Of a stretch of 64,000 nt of DNA, positions 53,621-63,146 are shown in pieces. Each line of letters starts with the position of its first letter. The stretch's first letter is position 1. The notes under the pieces were generated by a model. It was not told the DNA's origin. It saw only the letters and a list, made by a program, of their open reading frames with translations, and ran no database searches. The stretch is taken from the NCBI GenBank assembly GCA_963810935.1, contig CAWEPK010000007.1, forward strand, positions 352,001 through 416,000, in the 5' to 3' direction. The stretch is from an uncultured delta proteobacterium (GTDB taxonomy: Bacteria; Desulfobacterota; Syntrophorhabdia; Syntrophorhabdales; WCHB1-27). Position numbers and translations under genes: made by a program.

Positions 53621-53903
53621 CACGGCGGAGCCTGACCCCAATACCTTGATTCCGCTTGTTAGGAAGGACGAATTATTTGTCCGGAGTGCGCTGAAAGCTG
53701 GATGAGGAGGACGGTATAAAGCGATAACTAACATTTCGGGTTCTCACCCTGGCCCGGCCAGGCTGGGGTGAGACGAAAGCGGACAACGAGGACGGCAGTG
53801 TAGGTGCCTACATCACTTACACTGTCGTCCTTTTTGTTCGGCCTGAATTCGTGAGTGTTGCGCGCCATTGCGACCCGCCGACTGGAGCGGCGGTTCACTA
53901 CTA

Positions 53904-54011
53904 CGTCACCCCGGCGAAGGCCGGGGTCCAGGACCGCTCCAGGGTTTGGAAATCGCTGGATTCCGGCTCCCGGATTGAAACGTTTCCGGGACAAGCTTCG
54001 CGGGAATGACG
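53904..54011. repeat. REP/dRS3-like palindromic element with nested insert, copy 2
   Basis: CGTCACCCCGGCGAAGGCCGGGGTCCAG...CTGGATTCCGG[CTCCCGGATTGAAACGTTTCCGGGACAAG]CTTCGCGGGAATGACG. Confidence 0.7.
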
Positions 54012-54109
54012 GAGGAAGAAGGGTGGAATGAGAGAAGACGTTCAGGCGGTGGGGGCCACCAAAGATATTAGCTGCGTCGAAGACATAAAGGCGCAAAAGG
54101 AGAAGACGC

Positions 54110-55120
54110 ATGACAAACGCCGTGGATGAGACCACGAGAGGCCGGGGCGGATACGTTGCCGGCCAGGCCGGAAATGAGGGGTCGGCGCCCTCGATGGAAG
54201 AAGGGAGAGGAACGGACGGGCAGGCCGCATCGCCCGGAATCGGGCAGGCGGAAACGGGCGCCGTTGAAGCTGCCGGCGGGACCGGACCGCAGGAAGCGCC
54301 TGATCGGGCGGGGTCCGGGCCGAGGCAGGAGAGCAGGATCGTGCGCGAGCTGAAAGACCAGCGGAGAAAGAAGCGCGAGGCGCAGGCCGCCGCGGCGTAC
54401 TGGAAAGGCGTAGCCGACGGCCGGATGGGCCCGCAAGCTGGCGTGCCGCCGCGCGGCGGCGCTGCATCGCCCGACCCTACGGCCTTCGAGAACCTCGACG
54501 ACTACGAGGACGCGCTCTCCGGATACCCGGACGATGAGGCGGAAGGCGGGCCGGCCGGAAGCACTCTGCTCGACCGGGCCGCGACGGCGCTGTCCGATGG
54601 ATACCCGTCCGCTGCGCCCGTTGACGCACTATTACTGCCGCCGCCCGGCGCGCCGGAGACGGACCGCGCATTTTCTGCGCGCATCGCCGAGGCTGCGGCA
54701 GGGGAGTTCCCTGAAATCGCCAATATCGTCAACGACGTAACGCTCCACGTGAGCGGCCCGATGGCGGCAGTCATCAAGGCGTCCGAGGAGGCGCCGGCGC
54801 TCCTGCGATACTTAGCTGCGCACAGGGACGAGGCGAGGCGCATATACGATCTTGCCCCGACGATGATACTGCCGGACGGCAGGCAGGTCCAGGGGGGCAA
54901 CCCGCTGGCGGCCGCAGCGGAGCTGGGCAGGATCGCATCGCGCCTGTCCGCAGGAAAGGAACAACCACATACCAGGCGCGTCTCTTCCGCACCCGAGCCT
55001 GTCGTTCCCGTAGGCGGCGGGTCCGGCACGATCGAGGCGGATGACGAGCGGGTCCCCATCGAGGAGTTCGTCAGGCGGCGGAACGAGGCGCAGTACAGCC
55101 ATTCAAGGAAAAGGAGATAA
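54110..55120 (+). CDS. Putative scaffolding protein
   Basis: Between portal and coat; PDPTAFE..DDYEDAL, PALLRYLA, ELGRI, SSAPEPVVPV. Confidence 0.8.
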   Translation: MTNAVDETTRGRGGYVAGQAGNEGSAPSMEEGRGTDGQAASPGIGQAETGAVEAAGGTGPQEAPDRAGSGPRQESRIVRELKDQRRKKREAQAAAAYWKGVADGRMGPQAGVPPRGGAASPDPTAFENLDDYEDALSGYPDDEAEGGPAGSTLLDRAATALSDGYPSAAPVDALLLPPPGAPETDRAFSARIAEAAAGEFPEIANIVNDVTLHVSGPMAAVIKASEEAPALLRYLAAHRDEARRIYDLAPTMILPDGRQVQGGNPLAAAAELGRIASRLSAGKEQPHTRRVSSAPEPVVPVGGGSGTIEADDERVPIEEFVRRRNEAQYSHSRKRR

Positions 55121-55123
55121 ACC

Positions 55124-56380
55124 ATGCCGAACACACTGTTAACACCTACGCAGGTTTTGCGCGAGGCATTACGCGTCCTCCACAACAACCTGGTTTTCGT
55201 AAAGAACGTCAACAAGCAGTACAGCCAGGAATTCGCGATATCGGGCGCCAAGGTGGGCGCGACGATCAACGTGCGCCTGCCGAACCGCTATTACGTAACG
55301 AAGGGCACGCAGCTAGCGCCGCAGACGACGAACGAAAGCACCGTCCCTTTGACGCTGTCCACCAACTACCAGGTGGGCCTCAACTTTACGCAGGCAGAGT
55401 TAACCCTGTCGCTGGATGATTTTTCCAAGCGCGTGCTCGTTCCCGCTATGGCGCGGCTGGCCAGCCAGATCGACCAGGACGGCCTCGGGCTCGTGTCGAA
55501 CGTCTTCAGCCAGGTGGGCACGCCGGGCACGACACCAGGCACGTCGGGGGGATCATTCGCGAGCCAGCTCCTCGATTACAACGCGCCGCAGGTCTACCTG
55601 AACGCGGGCATGAAGATGGACAACCTCGCCGCGCCCAGGGACGAGAACCGCTGGTGCGTGCTCAACCCGGCAGCGATGGCTGCGTCAGTCGGCGGCCTGT
55701 CCGGCCTCTTTCAGGATTCCAAGGCATTAGGCGAGCAGTACAGGAAGGGCGTGATAGGCAGCGCGCTGGGCTTCGAGTTCGCTATGGACCAGAACGTCAA
55801 CATGCTTACGACCGGCGCCCACGGCGGCACGCCCGTAGTGACGACCGGCGGCCAGACGGGCGCAACCCTCAACACGTCCGGCTGGACGGATTCCGTGTCC
55901 AACATCCTTACCGCGGGCGAGATCATCTCCGTGGCCGGGGTGAACTCGGTGAACCCGGAGAACCAGACAACGACGGGCTACGTGCAGAACTTCGTCGTCA
56001 CGGCCAATTGCAGCTCCGATTCTTCGGGCAACGTCGCGATCCCCATCTATCCGTCGATCGTCGTGGCGGGGGCGGGCGTGGCGGACGGCACGGTGACTGC
56101 GAGCCCGGCCCCGAACGCACCGGTAACGCTGATGAGCGGGTCGGCGAACACGTCGTACCCGATGAACGTGGCCTATCACCAGGACGCATTCACGCTGGCG
56201 ACGGCGGACCTGGAGATGCCGAAGGGCGTCGATTTCGCGGCGCGTGAAACGTACGACGGCGTCTCGATGCTGATCGTGCGGGCGTACGACATCAACTACC
56301 AGCAGTTCCCGTGCAGGATAGACGTGCTTGCGGGATGGGCCTGCCTGCGGCCGGAATTAGCATGTCGGATCACGGGCTAG
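55124..56380 (+). CDS. P22-like major capsid (coat) protein
   Basis: NTLLTPTQVLREALRVLHNNL, KVGATINVRLP, ELTLSLDDFS, GFEFAMDQN, RIDVLAGW..LRPE. Confidence 0.9.
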   Translation: MPNTLLTPTQVLREALRVLHNNLVFVKNVNKQYSQEFAISGAKVGATINVRLPNRYYVTKGTQLAPQTTNESTVPLTLSTNYQVGLNFTQAELTLSLDDFSKRVLVPAMARLASQIDQDGLGLVSNVFSQVGTPGTTPGTSGGSFASQLLDYNAPQVYLNAGMKMDNLAAPRDENRWCVLNPAAMAASVGGLSGLFQDSKALGEQYRKGVIGSALGFEFAMDQNVNMLTTGAHGGTPVVTTGGQTGATLNTSGWTDSVSNILTAGEIISVAGVNSVNPENQTTTGYVQNFVVTANCSSDSSGNVAIPIYPSIVVAGAGVADGTVTASPAPNAPVTLMSGSANTSYPMNVAYHQDAFTLATADLEMPKGVDFAARETYDGVSMLIVRAYDINYQQFPCRIDVLAGWACLRPELACRITG

Positions 56381-56390
56381 GTTAGTGGGT

Positions 56391-56430
56391 TTAGGGGCCG
56401 GGCGCGAGCTGTCGGCCCGGCCCCTATAAA
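56391..56430 (+). terminator. Hairpin after coat gene (terminator or mRNA stabiliser)
   Basis: TAGGGGCCGGGC...GCCCGGCCCCTA. Confidence 0.55.
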
Positions 56431-56438
56431 GGAGAGCC

Positions 56439-57173
56439 ATGATAATTACGGCACAGCAATTAATCAAGGTCGCGATGCAGGACATCGGCGTGCTGGCCAA
56501 GCAGGAGTCGCCTTCGGCTGACGAAATTGCCGACGGGCTCCTGAAGCTCAACGTCCTTATCGACGCCTGGTCGGTCCGGTCGCTGGTAGTACTGGGGGCC
56601 GCGCTGGAAGGGTTCGCCCTCACAGGCGGCAAGCGCGCCTACACTATCGGCGTTGGGGGCGATTTTTCCACGGAGGAGCCCTCCCGCGTGACGGACGCCT
56701 ACGTGCGCGACGCAGCGGGGACGGACACGCCCCTCGACATCATCACGCAAGGCGAGTACGACCGCCTGCCGGACAAGACGATCTCTTCGGGCAGGCCGAT
56801 GGCGCTTTTCTTCGACCCCGGTCCGGTGCAGGCCGCAGTGCCGTCGGGCGTCGTCAACCTGTATCCTGCGCCCGACGCGTCTACGCAGTACACCCTCTAC
56901 TTGGGGGAGCAGAAGCCGCTTTCGGAGTTTGCGCGGCCGACGGACGCGGTGACGTTCCAGCCCGCGTACTACGAGGCCCTCGAATACAACCTGGCCCTGC
57001 GCCTCTGGCGGCAGTACCACGAGGAGGACCGCGCCATCCCCCCTGACCTCGTAACGCTGGCGCGCGACGCGATGAAAGTCATCGAGACGATGAGCAGCCG
57101 CACCCCGACCGCAGTTATCGAAGTGCCGGGCAGGCGCGGGCGCTACGGGATCCTGACGGGCGGCGCGGTATGA
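56439..57173 (+). CDS. Head-tail adaptor (P22 gp4-like)
   Basis: TAQQLI..AMQDIGVL, DGLLKLN.LIDAW, YYEALEYNLALRL; synteny. Confidence 0.75.
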   Translation: MIITAQQLIKVAMQDIGVLAKQESPSADEIADGLLKLNVLIDAWSVRSLVVLGAALEGFALTGGKRAYTIGVGGDFSTEEPSRVTDAYVRDAAGTDTPLDIITQGEYDRLPDKTISSGRPMALFFDPGPVQAAVPSGVVNLYPAPDASTQYTLYLGEQKPLSEFARPTDAVTFQPAYYEALEYNLALRLWRQYHEEDRAIPPDLVTLARDAMKVIETMSSRTPTAVIEVPGRRGRYGILTGGAV

Positions 57174-57186
57174 GGCGGAGGGCGCT

Positions 57187-58698
57187 ATGAACATACCATT
57201 CGTCGGCCCTACCTACGCGGGCCGCTCGGGCAATATCGACGCATCGCGCTCCATTAACTTCTACCCGGAGACGAACCCGGCAGGGGCCAAGCAGCCGATG
57301 AGCCTTGTCGGCACGCCGGGTACGTGCCTTTGGGCCTCCCTAGGGGCGCCGCCGGTGCGGGGCATGCACGTGATGAACGGCGTGCTATACGTCGTCGCCG
57401 GAGGAAAGCTCTTTTCCGTGAATGCGGCAGGCGCGCCGTCGTCCGCGCTGGGGTTGCTTGCCACGTCGAGCGGAAGGGTGCTGATGGCGGACAACGGCGC
57501 CGGGTCGTCGGGCGCAGGCGGCAATCAATTGATGATAGCGGACGGCACGGCAGGCTACGTTTACAACACGGCGACGGGCACATTCAGCACAATATCGGGC
57601 GGGGGCTTTCCTGCCGGCGGGGCGGCAGCACTTACATACATCGACGGCTACTTCATCGCATCCGAGGAAGGCAGCATGACCGTCTGCGCGTCCGATCTCT
57701 ACGACGGCACTGTCTGGAACGCGCTTGCCGCATCGCCGGTGTCGGCCGCGCCCGACGCAGTGCAGGCGCTTGCGAACCTCGCCCAGCAGCTCTGGATCAT
57801 AAAGGAGTACACGTCGGAAGTCTGGTACGACGCGGCCGTGCCGACGAGCCAGGGCTTCCCGTTTATGCGCTTGCCGGGCATGGTGCTTGATTACGGCACG
57901 CCCGCGCCCCATTCGGTCGCGCGCGGCAGCGACGCGCTCTTCTTCCTGGCTAACCAGAGGAACAACGACGGCGGCGAGTTCGTGGGCGTAGTCGCCCTCT
58001 CCGCATCCACGCCGCAGATCGTAAGCCCGCCGCAGATCACATACAGGATGGGCCTCTACCCGATGCTCTCTGACGCCTTCGGCTACTGCTACTCGGACGG
58101 CGGCCACACATTCTACGTGCTCACGTTCCCGTCGGGCAACGCCACGTGGGTCTACGACGCGACGACCGCCATGTGGCACGAGCGCTCCACCTGGACGGGC
58201 GAGCAAGCCTTGAGCGGAGCCACACCCGCAAACGGCGCGGGAATGGCGCCGCAATCCTATCAGATAGGCAGGCACGTGGGCAACTGCTACGCGAACTTCT
58301 CAGGGATGCACTTGGTGGGCGACTGGCAGAGCGGCGATATCTACGAGATGCGCTCCGACGTCTACACGGACAACGGCCTGCCTCTCGTATCCGTAAGGTG
58401 CAGCCAGCACCTGTTCGACCCGAACGAGATGGGAAGGCTCTTCGTTCACCGCCTCGTGCTCGACATGGAGACGGGCACTGGCGACGCATCCAGCGGCCTC
58501 GTGCCCTCGTGCGCCCTTTCATGGTCTGACGACGGGGGACATACGTGGTCGTCCGATTACACGGCGTCGATGGGCGCGGCAGGCGGGTACAGAACGCGCG
58601 TCGTATGGCGGAGGCTGGGCTCGTTCCGCGACAGGATATTCCGCATCTCCATATCGGACCCCGTGAAGAGGATCGTCATAGGAGCGTCCACAGAATGA
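57187..58698 (+). CDS. Packaged-DNA stabilisation/tail hub protein (P22 gp10-like)
   Basis: FVGPTY, INFYPE, LVGTPG, IDGYF, GHTFYVLTFP, WHER, WSDDGGHTWS, WRRLGSFRDR. Confidence 0.9.
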   Translation: MNIPFVGPTYAGRSGNIDASRSINFYPETNPAGAKQPMSLVGTPGTCLWASLGAPPVRGMHVMNGVLYVVAGGKLFSVNAAGAPSSALGLLATSSGRVLMADNGAGSSGAGGNQLMIADGTAGYVYNTATGTFSTISGGGFPAGGAAALTYIDGYFIASEEGSMTVCASDLYDGTVWNALAASPVSAAPDAVQALANLAQQLWIIKEYTSEVWYDAAVPTSQGFPFMRLPGMVLDYGTPAPHSVARGSDALFFLANQRNNDGGEFVGVVALSASTPQIVSPPQITYRMGLYPMLSDAFGYCYSDGGHTFYVLTFPSGNATWVYDATTAMWHERSTWTGEQALSGATPANGAGMAPQSYQIGRHVGNCYANFSGMHLVGDWQSGDIYEMRSDVYTDNGLPLVSVRCSQHLFDPNEMGRLFVHRLVLDMETGTGDASSGLVPSCALSWSDDGGHTWSSDYTASMGAAGGYRTRVVWRRLGSFRDRIFRISISDPVKRIVIGASTE

Positions 58699-58940
58699 TA
58701 AAGCAATTCCCTTCGACTTCTCTTCCCCTTTCCGATCCAAGCTGGCAGCAGTGGCTTGCCGAAGTTGCGGCGACAGGCGCGTCACTGGCGTGGATCGACC
58801 CGACGAACCCGCAGTTCGGTAAGGCCGAGCCGCCTCACACGCGCGGGATACTGGCATACGCGAACGGGACGGACTGGGACCCGGGCAGCGGGGAGGGCTA
58901 CTACAGGTGGACGGGGCAGGCATGGAAACTGGTGGGTTAA
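58695..58940 (+). CDS. Small phage structural/hypothetical protein
   Basis: ATGA overlap with gp10; YANGTDWDPGSGEGYY motif. Confidence 0.7.
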   Translation: MIKQFPSTSLPLSDPSWQQWLAEVAATGASLAWIDPTNPQFGKAEPPHTRGILAYANGTDWDPGSGEGYYRWTGQAWKLVG

Positions 58941-58944
58941 GGCG

Positions 58945-59499
58945 ATGCTCGACTACAGGATAGAGGCGCTCGACGACAGGCTCCGTGCCGAGATGGAACA
59001 TATGGCAAGCCTTTACTGGCAGGACGTTGCGGCACCCTTCCACGACTTCCCGCCTGACGCGGACTGGGCCTTATACGAAGGGCTGCAAGGCGCGGGGCGC
59101 TTGCGGGTTGTCGCGGGCAGGGACGCCCGTGGCAGGTTAAAAGCCTTCGGCGTCATAGTCATCGGCCCGCACCCGCATTACGCGTGCGTCTACGGCACCG
59201 TGCCGCTCGTCTTCCTCCATCCTGATTTCAGGAAAGGCCCGGAAGGCATGCGTCTCGTGCGCATCTGCGAAAGGGCGGCGGAAGGTGCAGGCGCGCAGCT
59301 TTTGATGACGCACGGCGGAATGCACAACGGCGTCTACAGGCTCTTCGAGGGGATGCATTACGCGGACTTCGGCAAGTATTACGTCAAGGTCCTCAAAAAC
59401 GGGCCGAACGGGACATCACCCGTGTACAAAAAAGACGGGACAGGACCCGTCCGCAAAACAAACCCCGGAACGTCGAAATCCGGGAACGAGGAGAGATGA
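58945..59499 (+). CDS. Phage GNAT-fold acetyltransferase
   Basis: FLHPDFRKGPEGMRLV...GAQ; position typical for P22-like clusters. Confidence 0.75.
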   Translation: MLDYRIEALDDRLRAEMEHMASLYWQDVAAPFHDFPPDADWALYEGLQGAGRLRVVAGRDARGRLKAFGVIVIGPHPHYACVYGTVPLVFLHPDFRKGPEGMRLVRICERAAEGAGAQLLMTHGGMHNGVYRLFEGMHYADFGKYYVKVLKNGPNGTSPVYKKDGTGPVRKTNPGTSKSGNEER

Positions 59500-59500
59500 T

Positions 59501-60337
59501 ATGGGAGCACCGGCAATATTGGGCGCAACGCTTCTGACCGGCCTCGGCGGGAGTGCAATGCAGGCGAATGCGGCAACTTCGGCGGCCGGCCAGGTGGCCG
59601 ACGCCGACCTGGCGGGGCAGCAGCTTCAGTACCAGATGTGGCAGCAGCAGCAGGCGGATATGCAGCCGTGGCTACAGGCGGGTACGGCGGGTGTCAACGC
59701 GCTGGCCTATGGCATGGGGCTTCCGGGCTATACGTCCGGCGGGACGACGGGCGGTTCAACGTCTAAGCAGGGCGGGCTGCTCAACATTCCCGCGTTTTCC
59801 TTCGACCCTACGCAGGTCGCCTCCGACCCCGACTACCAGTGGACGACCGCGCAGGGCGTCAACGCCCTGGCCGCCTCAGGCGCGGCCGCGGGCAATTACG
59901 GCTCCGGCAACATGGGGACTGCGCTTACGCAGTTCGGCCAGAACAATGCAGCCAACTACATGAACCAGTATTACAACCAGGCCCTCCAGACATACGGCCA
60001 GAACCTCAACTCCCAGTACACGATGCCCTACAACATGCTGGCGGCCATGTCGAACACGGGGCAGACCCAGTCGCAGGCGGTGGCGGGCCTCGGCCTCCAG
60101 ACGGCCAATACGGTGGGGCAGTATGGGACAGACGCAGCGAGCGCGCTGGCTTCCGGCCAGATCGGGACGGCGAACGCCTACGCGGGCGGGCTTAACAGTC
60201 TGGCCAGCCAGATCATGAGCGCCTACCCCTACATGCAGGGCACATTCAGGGGAGGCTCCGGCGCGTCCGGCAATGCTACAGGCGGCCTTTCGCCGCTCGG
60301 CTATTACGGCTTTGCGGATTACAACTCGTTTCTTTAA
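59501..60337 (+). CDS. DNA ejection/transfer protein (gp7-like)
   Basis: Gly/Ala/Gln-rich, QPWLQAG, DPDYQW, hydrophobic N-terminus. Confidence 0.75.
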   Translation: MGAPAILGATLLTGLGGSAMQANAATSAAGQVADADLAGQQLQYQMWQQQQADMQPWLQAGTAGVNALAYGMGLPGYTSGGTTGGSTSKQGGLLNIPAFSFDPTQVASDPDYQWTTAQGVNALAASGAAAGNYGSGNMGTALTQFGQNNAANYMNQYYNQALQTYGQNLNSQYTMPYNMLAAMSNTGQTQSQAVAGLGLQTANTVGQYGTDAASALASGQIGTANAYAGGLNSLASQIMSAYPYMQGTFRGGSGASGNATGGLSPLGYYGFADYNSFL

Positions 60338-60354
60338 CACGTAAAGGAGGGCAT

Positions 60355-61119
60355 ATGCCTTACAGAGTCAACGATACGAGGCAAGGCAGGAGCGCGCGGC
60401 AGGCACACGGTCCGAAGGCAGGCGCCGTGCGCCAGGCGGACCTGCGCGACATGGCCGCAGTCGCCGCCGTAGGCGACGCGATGCGGATGAACGAGCTGCG
60501 CCGCCGCGTGCTTAGCCTGAAAGCGGGCCAGGGCAGGGGTGCGCCCGGATTTGCGCCCTCCGGGCAGCCGGGCGGCCTGCAACGCGGACCCGTGGGTGCG
60601 GCCGGTCTGCCCGCGCATGTCCATGCGGCGCGCATGCATGCAGCCCATGCAGGCCACCTTGCAGCAGGGCGGCAGAAGCTGCGCGTCCTCGGCCACTTCG
60701 CGAACCACGCCATCAGGACGGGCGACAACCGGGCGCTGCAAAAGCTCCTCGACCTCGCGAAGTCGGACCCGCACGTCTCGCGGATCGTCCCGGCCGACCT
60801 CGACGTCGAATCGACGGGGAAGCATTCGTTCAGCGTGACGGCCACGCTTGCGCCGGAGGGGCTGGCCGCGCTCGCGCAAAACGCCCCGCCCGGCCTTGCG
60901 GGCACAATCGCAGGCAGCCCGCCCGGACGCTACATGTACCTGGTGGACAGGGGCAGGGTGACCGACTTCGGGGCCGCGCCTCAGCCGGCCGCGCCTTACG
61001 GCGGCCGGTACGGCGGCGGGGCAGACGTTATCCCGCGCAGCACGGGACGGGGCAGCGCACACTTTCCGCTCTCCACGACCGCCTGGCGGCGGCCGGATAG
61101 AGGGGAGGGTGAGGAATAG
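60355..61119 (+). CDS. Hypothetical protein, possible second ejection protein
   Basis: AAGGAGG RBS; position only. Confidence 0.45.
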   Translation: MPYRVNDTRQGRSARQAHGPKAGAVRQADLRDMAAVAAVGDAMRMNELRRRVLSLKAGQGRGAPGFAPSGQPGGLQRGPVGAAGLPAHVHAARMHAAHAGHLAAGRQKLRVLGHFANHAIRTGDNRALQKLLDLAKSDPHVSRIVPADLDVESTGKHSFSVTATLAPEGLAALAQNAPPGLAGTIAGSPPGRYMYLVDRGRVTDFGAAPQPAAPYGGRYGGGADVIPRSTGRGSAHFPLSTTAWRRPDRGEGEE

Positions 61120-61120
61120 C

Positions 61121-62557
61121 ATGGACCTCAAGAACAAGCACTGCCTGGTTTACGACCTGGGGCTTTTCACGGAGAACGCCCTGCGCCTCGTGCGCGACTG
61201 CGCGTCCGGCACGGGCTTCCTTAAAAGCACCTACACGGATTCGAGCGGTACCGTGGTCAACACGAACCCCGTTATTCTCGACGCGAACGGGGAGGCCGAT
61301 GTCTGGCTTTCGGGCTACACCAAACTTGTTCTACAGGACGCAAGCGGCGTGCAGGTCTGGACCGTCGATAACGTTTCATCCATGCCGAACACCGCGCCGA
61401 CGGGCGTTACGGAATGGATAACGCAGAGCGGCCTTGTTTTCACTTACCTGTCGGCGACGCAGTTCTCGACGCCCGGCGACCAGTCGGCCCTCTTCCAGCA
61501 GGGGCAGCGCGTGCAGGCGACGGTGGCTGAAGGTACGGTCTACGGCACGGTCGAGGCATCGGCTGCATCGGGGTCGCCCCTTACGACGACCGTCACGGTC
61601 ACGTGGGATTCGGGCCGGCTCGATTCCGGGCTTTCTGCAATCGCGACCGGGATCATAACAGCGTCGGCCCATTCATCGCTGCCGGGCGGCTCTACCGGGT
61701 TGCTTACAGGCGAGATGAGGGCTTACGGCGGCGCGTCCGCGCCTTCAGGGTGGCTGCTGTGCGACGGGTCCGCCTGGCCGCGCAGCGCCTTTGCTGCACT
61801 TTACGGCGTGATCGGCACTACCTTCGGGCAAGGCGACGGATCGACCACCTTCAACGTCCCCGACCTGCGCGGTAAAACCCCGATTGGGGCGGGGCAGGAT
61901 ACGCCGCCTGTCTGGGCCTCGGGCGGGGCTTATCCGCCCAATGCGTGCGTCAGGCCCACGGCTTCATACAACTATGTCTACGAGGCGTTGTTGCCTTCCG
62001 CGTGGACTGCGTCGACGGCTTACGCCCTCGGCGCGGTGGTCACGGCCACGGCCTCCTACAACTACGCTTACAAATGCACGGGAGCGGGCACGTCGGGCAG
62101 CGCGGAGCCCGCGTGGCCCACAACGGCAGGCGGGACGGTGACGGACGGCGGCGTCACCTGGACCTGCATGGCGAAAGATACGGCGGGCGCGACCGAGCCC
62201 GCGTGGCCCACGACGATCAATGCAACGGTCCTCGACGGCTCGGTCACATGGACCTGCCGCGCCAAATGGGCAAACAGGACGCTCGGCGCATACGGCGGGG
62301 CGGAGGTCCACACGCAGAGCACGGCCGAGATGGCAGCCCACAACCACCCGCTTAACGATCCGGCACATTCCCACTATATCGTCCCGCCGTATGGCATCGG
62401 CGGAGGTGTTCCCTGGGGCGGCGGCTCGTCTACAGGGTCAGGCGCCTACCCCACGAATGCAGCCTCTACGGGGATAACGATAAGCAACGCGGGCGGCGGC
62501 CTGCCAATGACTATCATGCCGCCGTTCGCAGTCGTCAACTGGATCATAAAAACGTGA
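61121..62557 (+). CDS. Tail fibre/collar protein with head-binding-like N-domain and CBM-like inserts
   Basis: TYTD...NTNPVILDANGEA, collar motif GWLLCDGS...GDGSTTFNVPDLRG, MPPFAVVNWIIKT. Confidence 0.8.
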   Translation: MDLKNKHCLVYDLGLFTENALRLVRDCASGTGFLKSTYTDSSGTVVNTNPVILDANGEADVWLSGYTKLVLQDASGVQVWTVDNVSSMPNTAPTGVTEWITQSGLVFTYLSATQFSTPGDQSALFQQGQRVQATVAEGTVYGTVEASAASGSPLTTTVTVTWDSGRLDSGLSAIATGIITASAHSSLPGGSTGLLTGEMRAYGGASAPSGWLLCDGSAWPRSAFAALYGVIGTTFGQGDGSTTFNVPDLRGKTPIGAGQDTPPVWASGGAYPPNACVRPTASYNYVYEALLPSAWTASTAYALGAVVTATASYNYAYKCTGAGTSGSAEPAWPTTAGGTVTDGGVTWTCMAKDTAGATEPAWPTTINATVLDGSVTWTCRAKWANRTLGAYGGAEVHTQSTAEMAAHNHPLNDPAHSHYIVPPYGIGGGVPWGGGSSTGSGAYPTNAASTGITISNAGGGLPMTIMPPFAVVNWIIKT

Positions 62558-62564
62558 GGCGCCT

Positions 62565-63146
62565 ATGAAAAGACTTGTTTCAGCTTTTCTGATTATGGCG
62601 GCCGTCATGACGGCCGCATCGGCGCGGGCAACCGATTGCTACACCTGGAATGCTCAGACGGGCGCGTGGCAGTGGAACCAGAACTGCGGATCGCCCCCCA
62701 ATGTCACCGGCAATATAACGGCAGCGGCCGGGAAGAGCGTTGTCTTCAGGAACACGCTGACGGTCACGGGTAACGACGGCGCGACCCTCAACATTGGCGC
62801 GGGGGGCACGGTCAACCAGTTCATGACCGGCTCGTCGCTCGTGCCGGGAAGCGCCTACTGCCTGGGTGCGAGCGCGCTCGCTCTCGCGCAGGCGGACAGC
62901 CTCTCCACCTTGCCTGCGATTTGCATCGCCAACAGCGCGACTACGTGCCTGACTACGGGGACCTATCAATTCCCGTTCTCGCAGGGTTTTACCCCCGGTG
63001 CGCCCGTCTACGTCAGCGACAGCGCGGCGGGGGGCCTTACGCAGAGCATCCCCGCATCCGGCCACTATTTGCAGGCGATCGGCACGGCCACTGCGGCCGA
63101 TACGATAATCATTCAACCTATCCCCCTAACAGGAGGTCTTCAATGA
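62565..63146 (+). CDS. Phage structural-like protein with signal-peptide-like N-terminus
   Basis: MKRLVSAFLIMAAVMTAASARA; FTPGAPVYVSDSAAGGLTQ..P...Q.IG.A cement/decoration-like motif. Confidence 0.6.
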   Translation: MKRLVSAFLIMAAVMTAASARATDCYTWNAQTGAWQWNQNCGSPPNVTGNITAAAGKSVVFRNTLTVTGNDGATLNIGAGGTVNQFMTGSSLVPGSAYCLGASALALAQADSLSTLPAICIANSATTCLTTGTYQFPFSQGFTPGAPVYVSDSAAGGLTQSIPASGHYLQAIGTATAADTIIIQPIPLTGGLQ

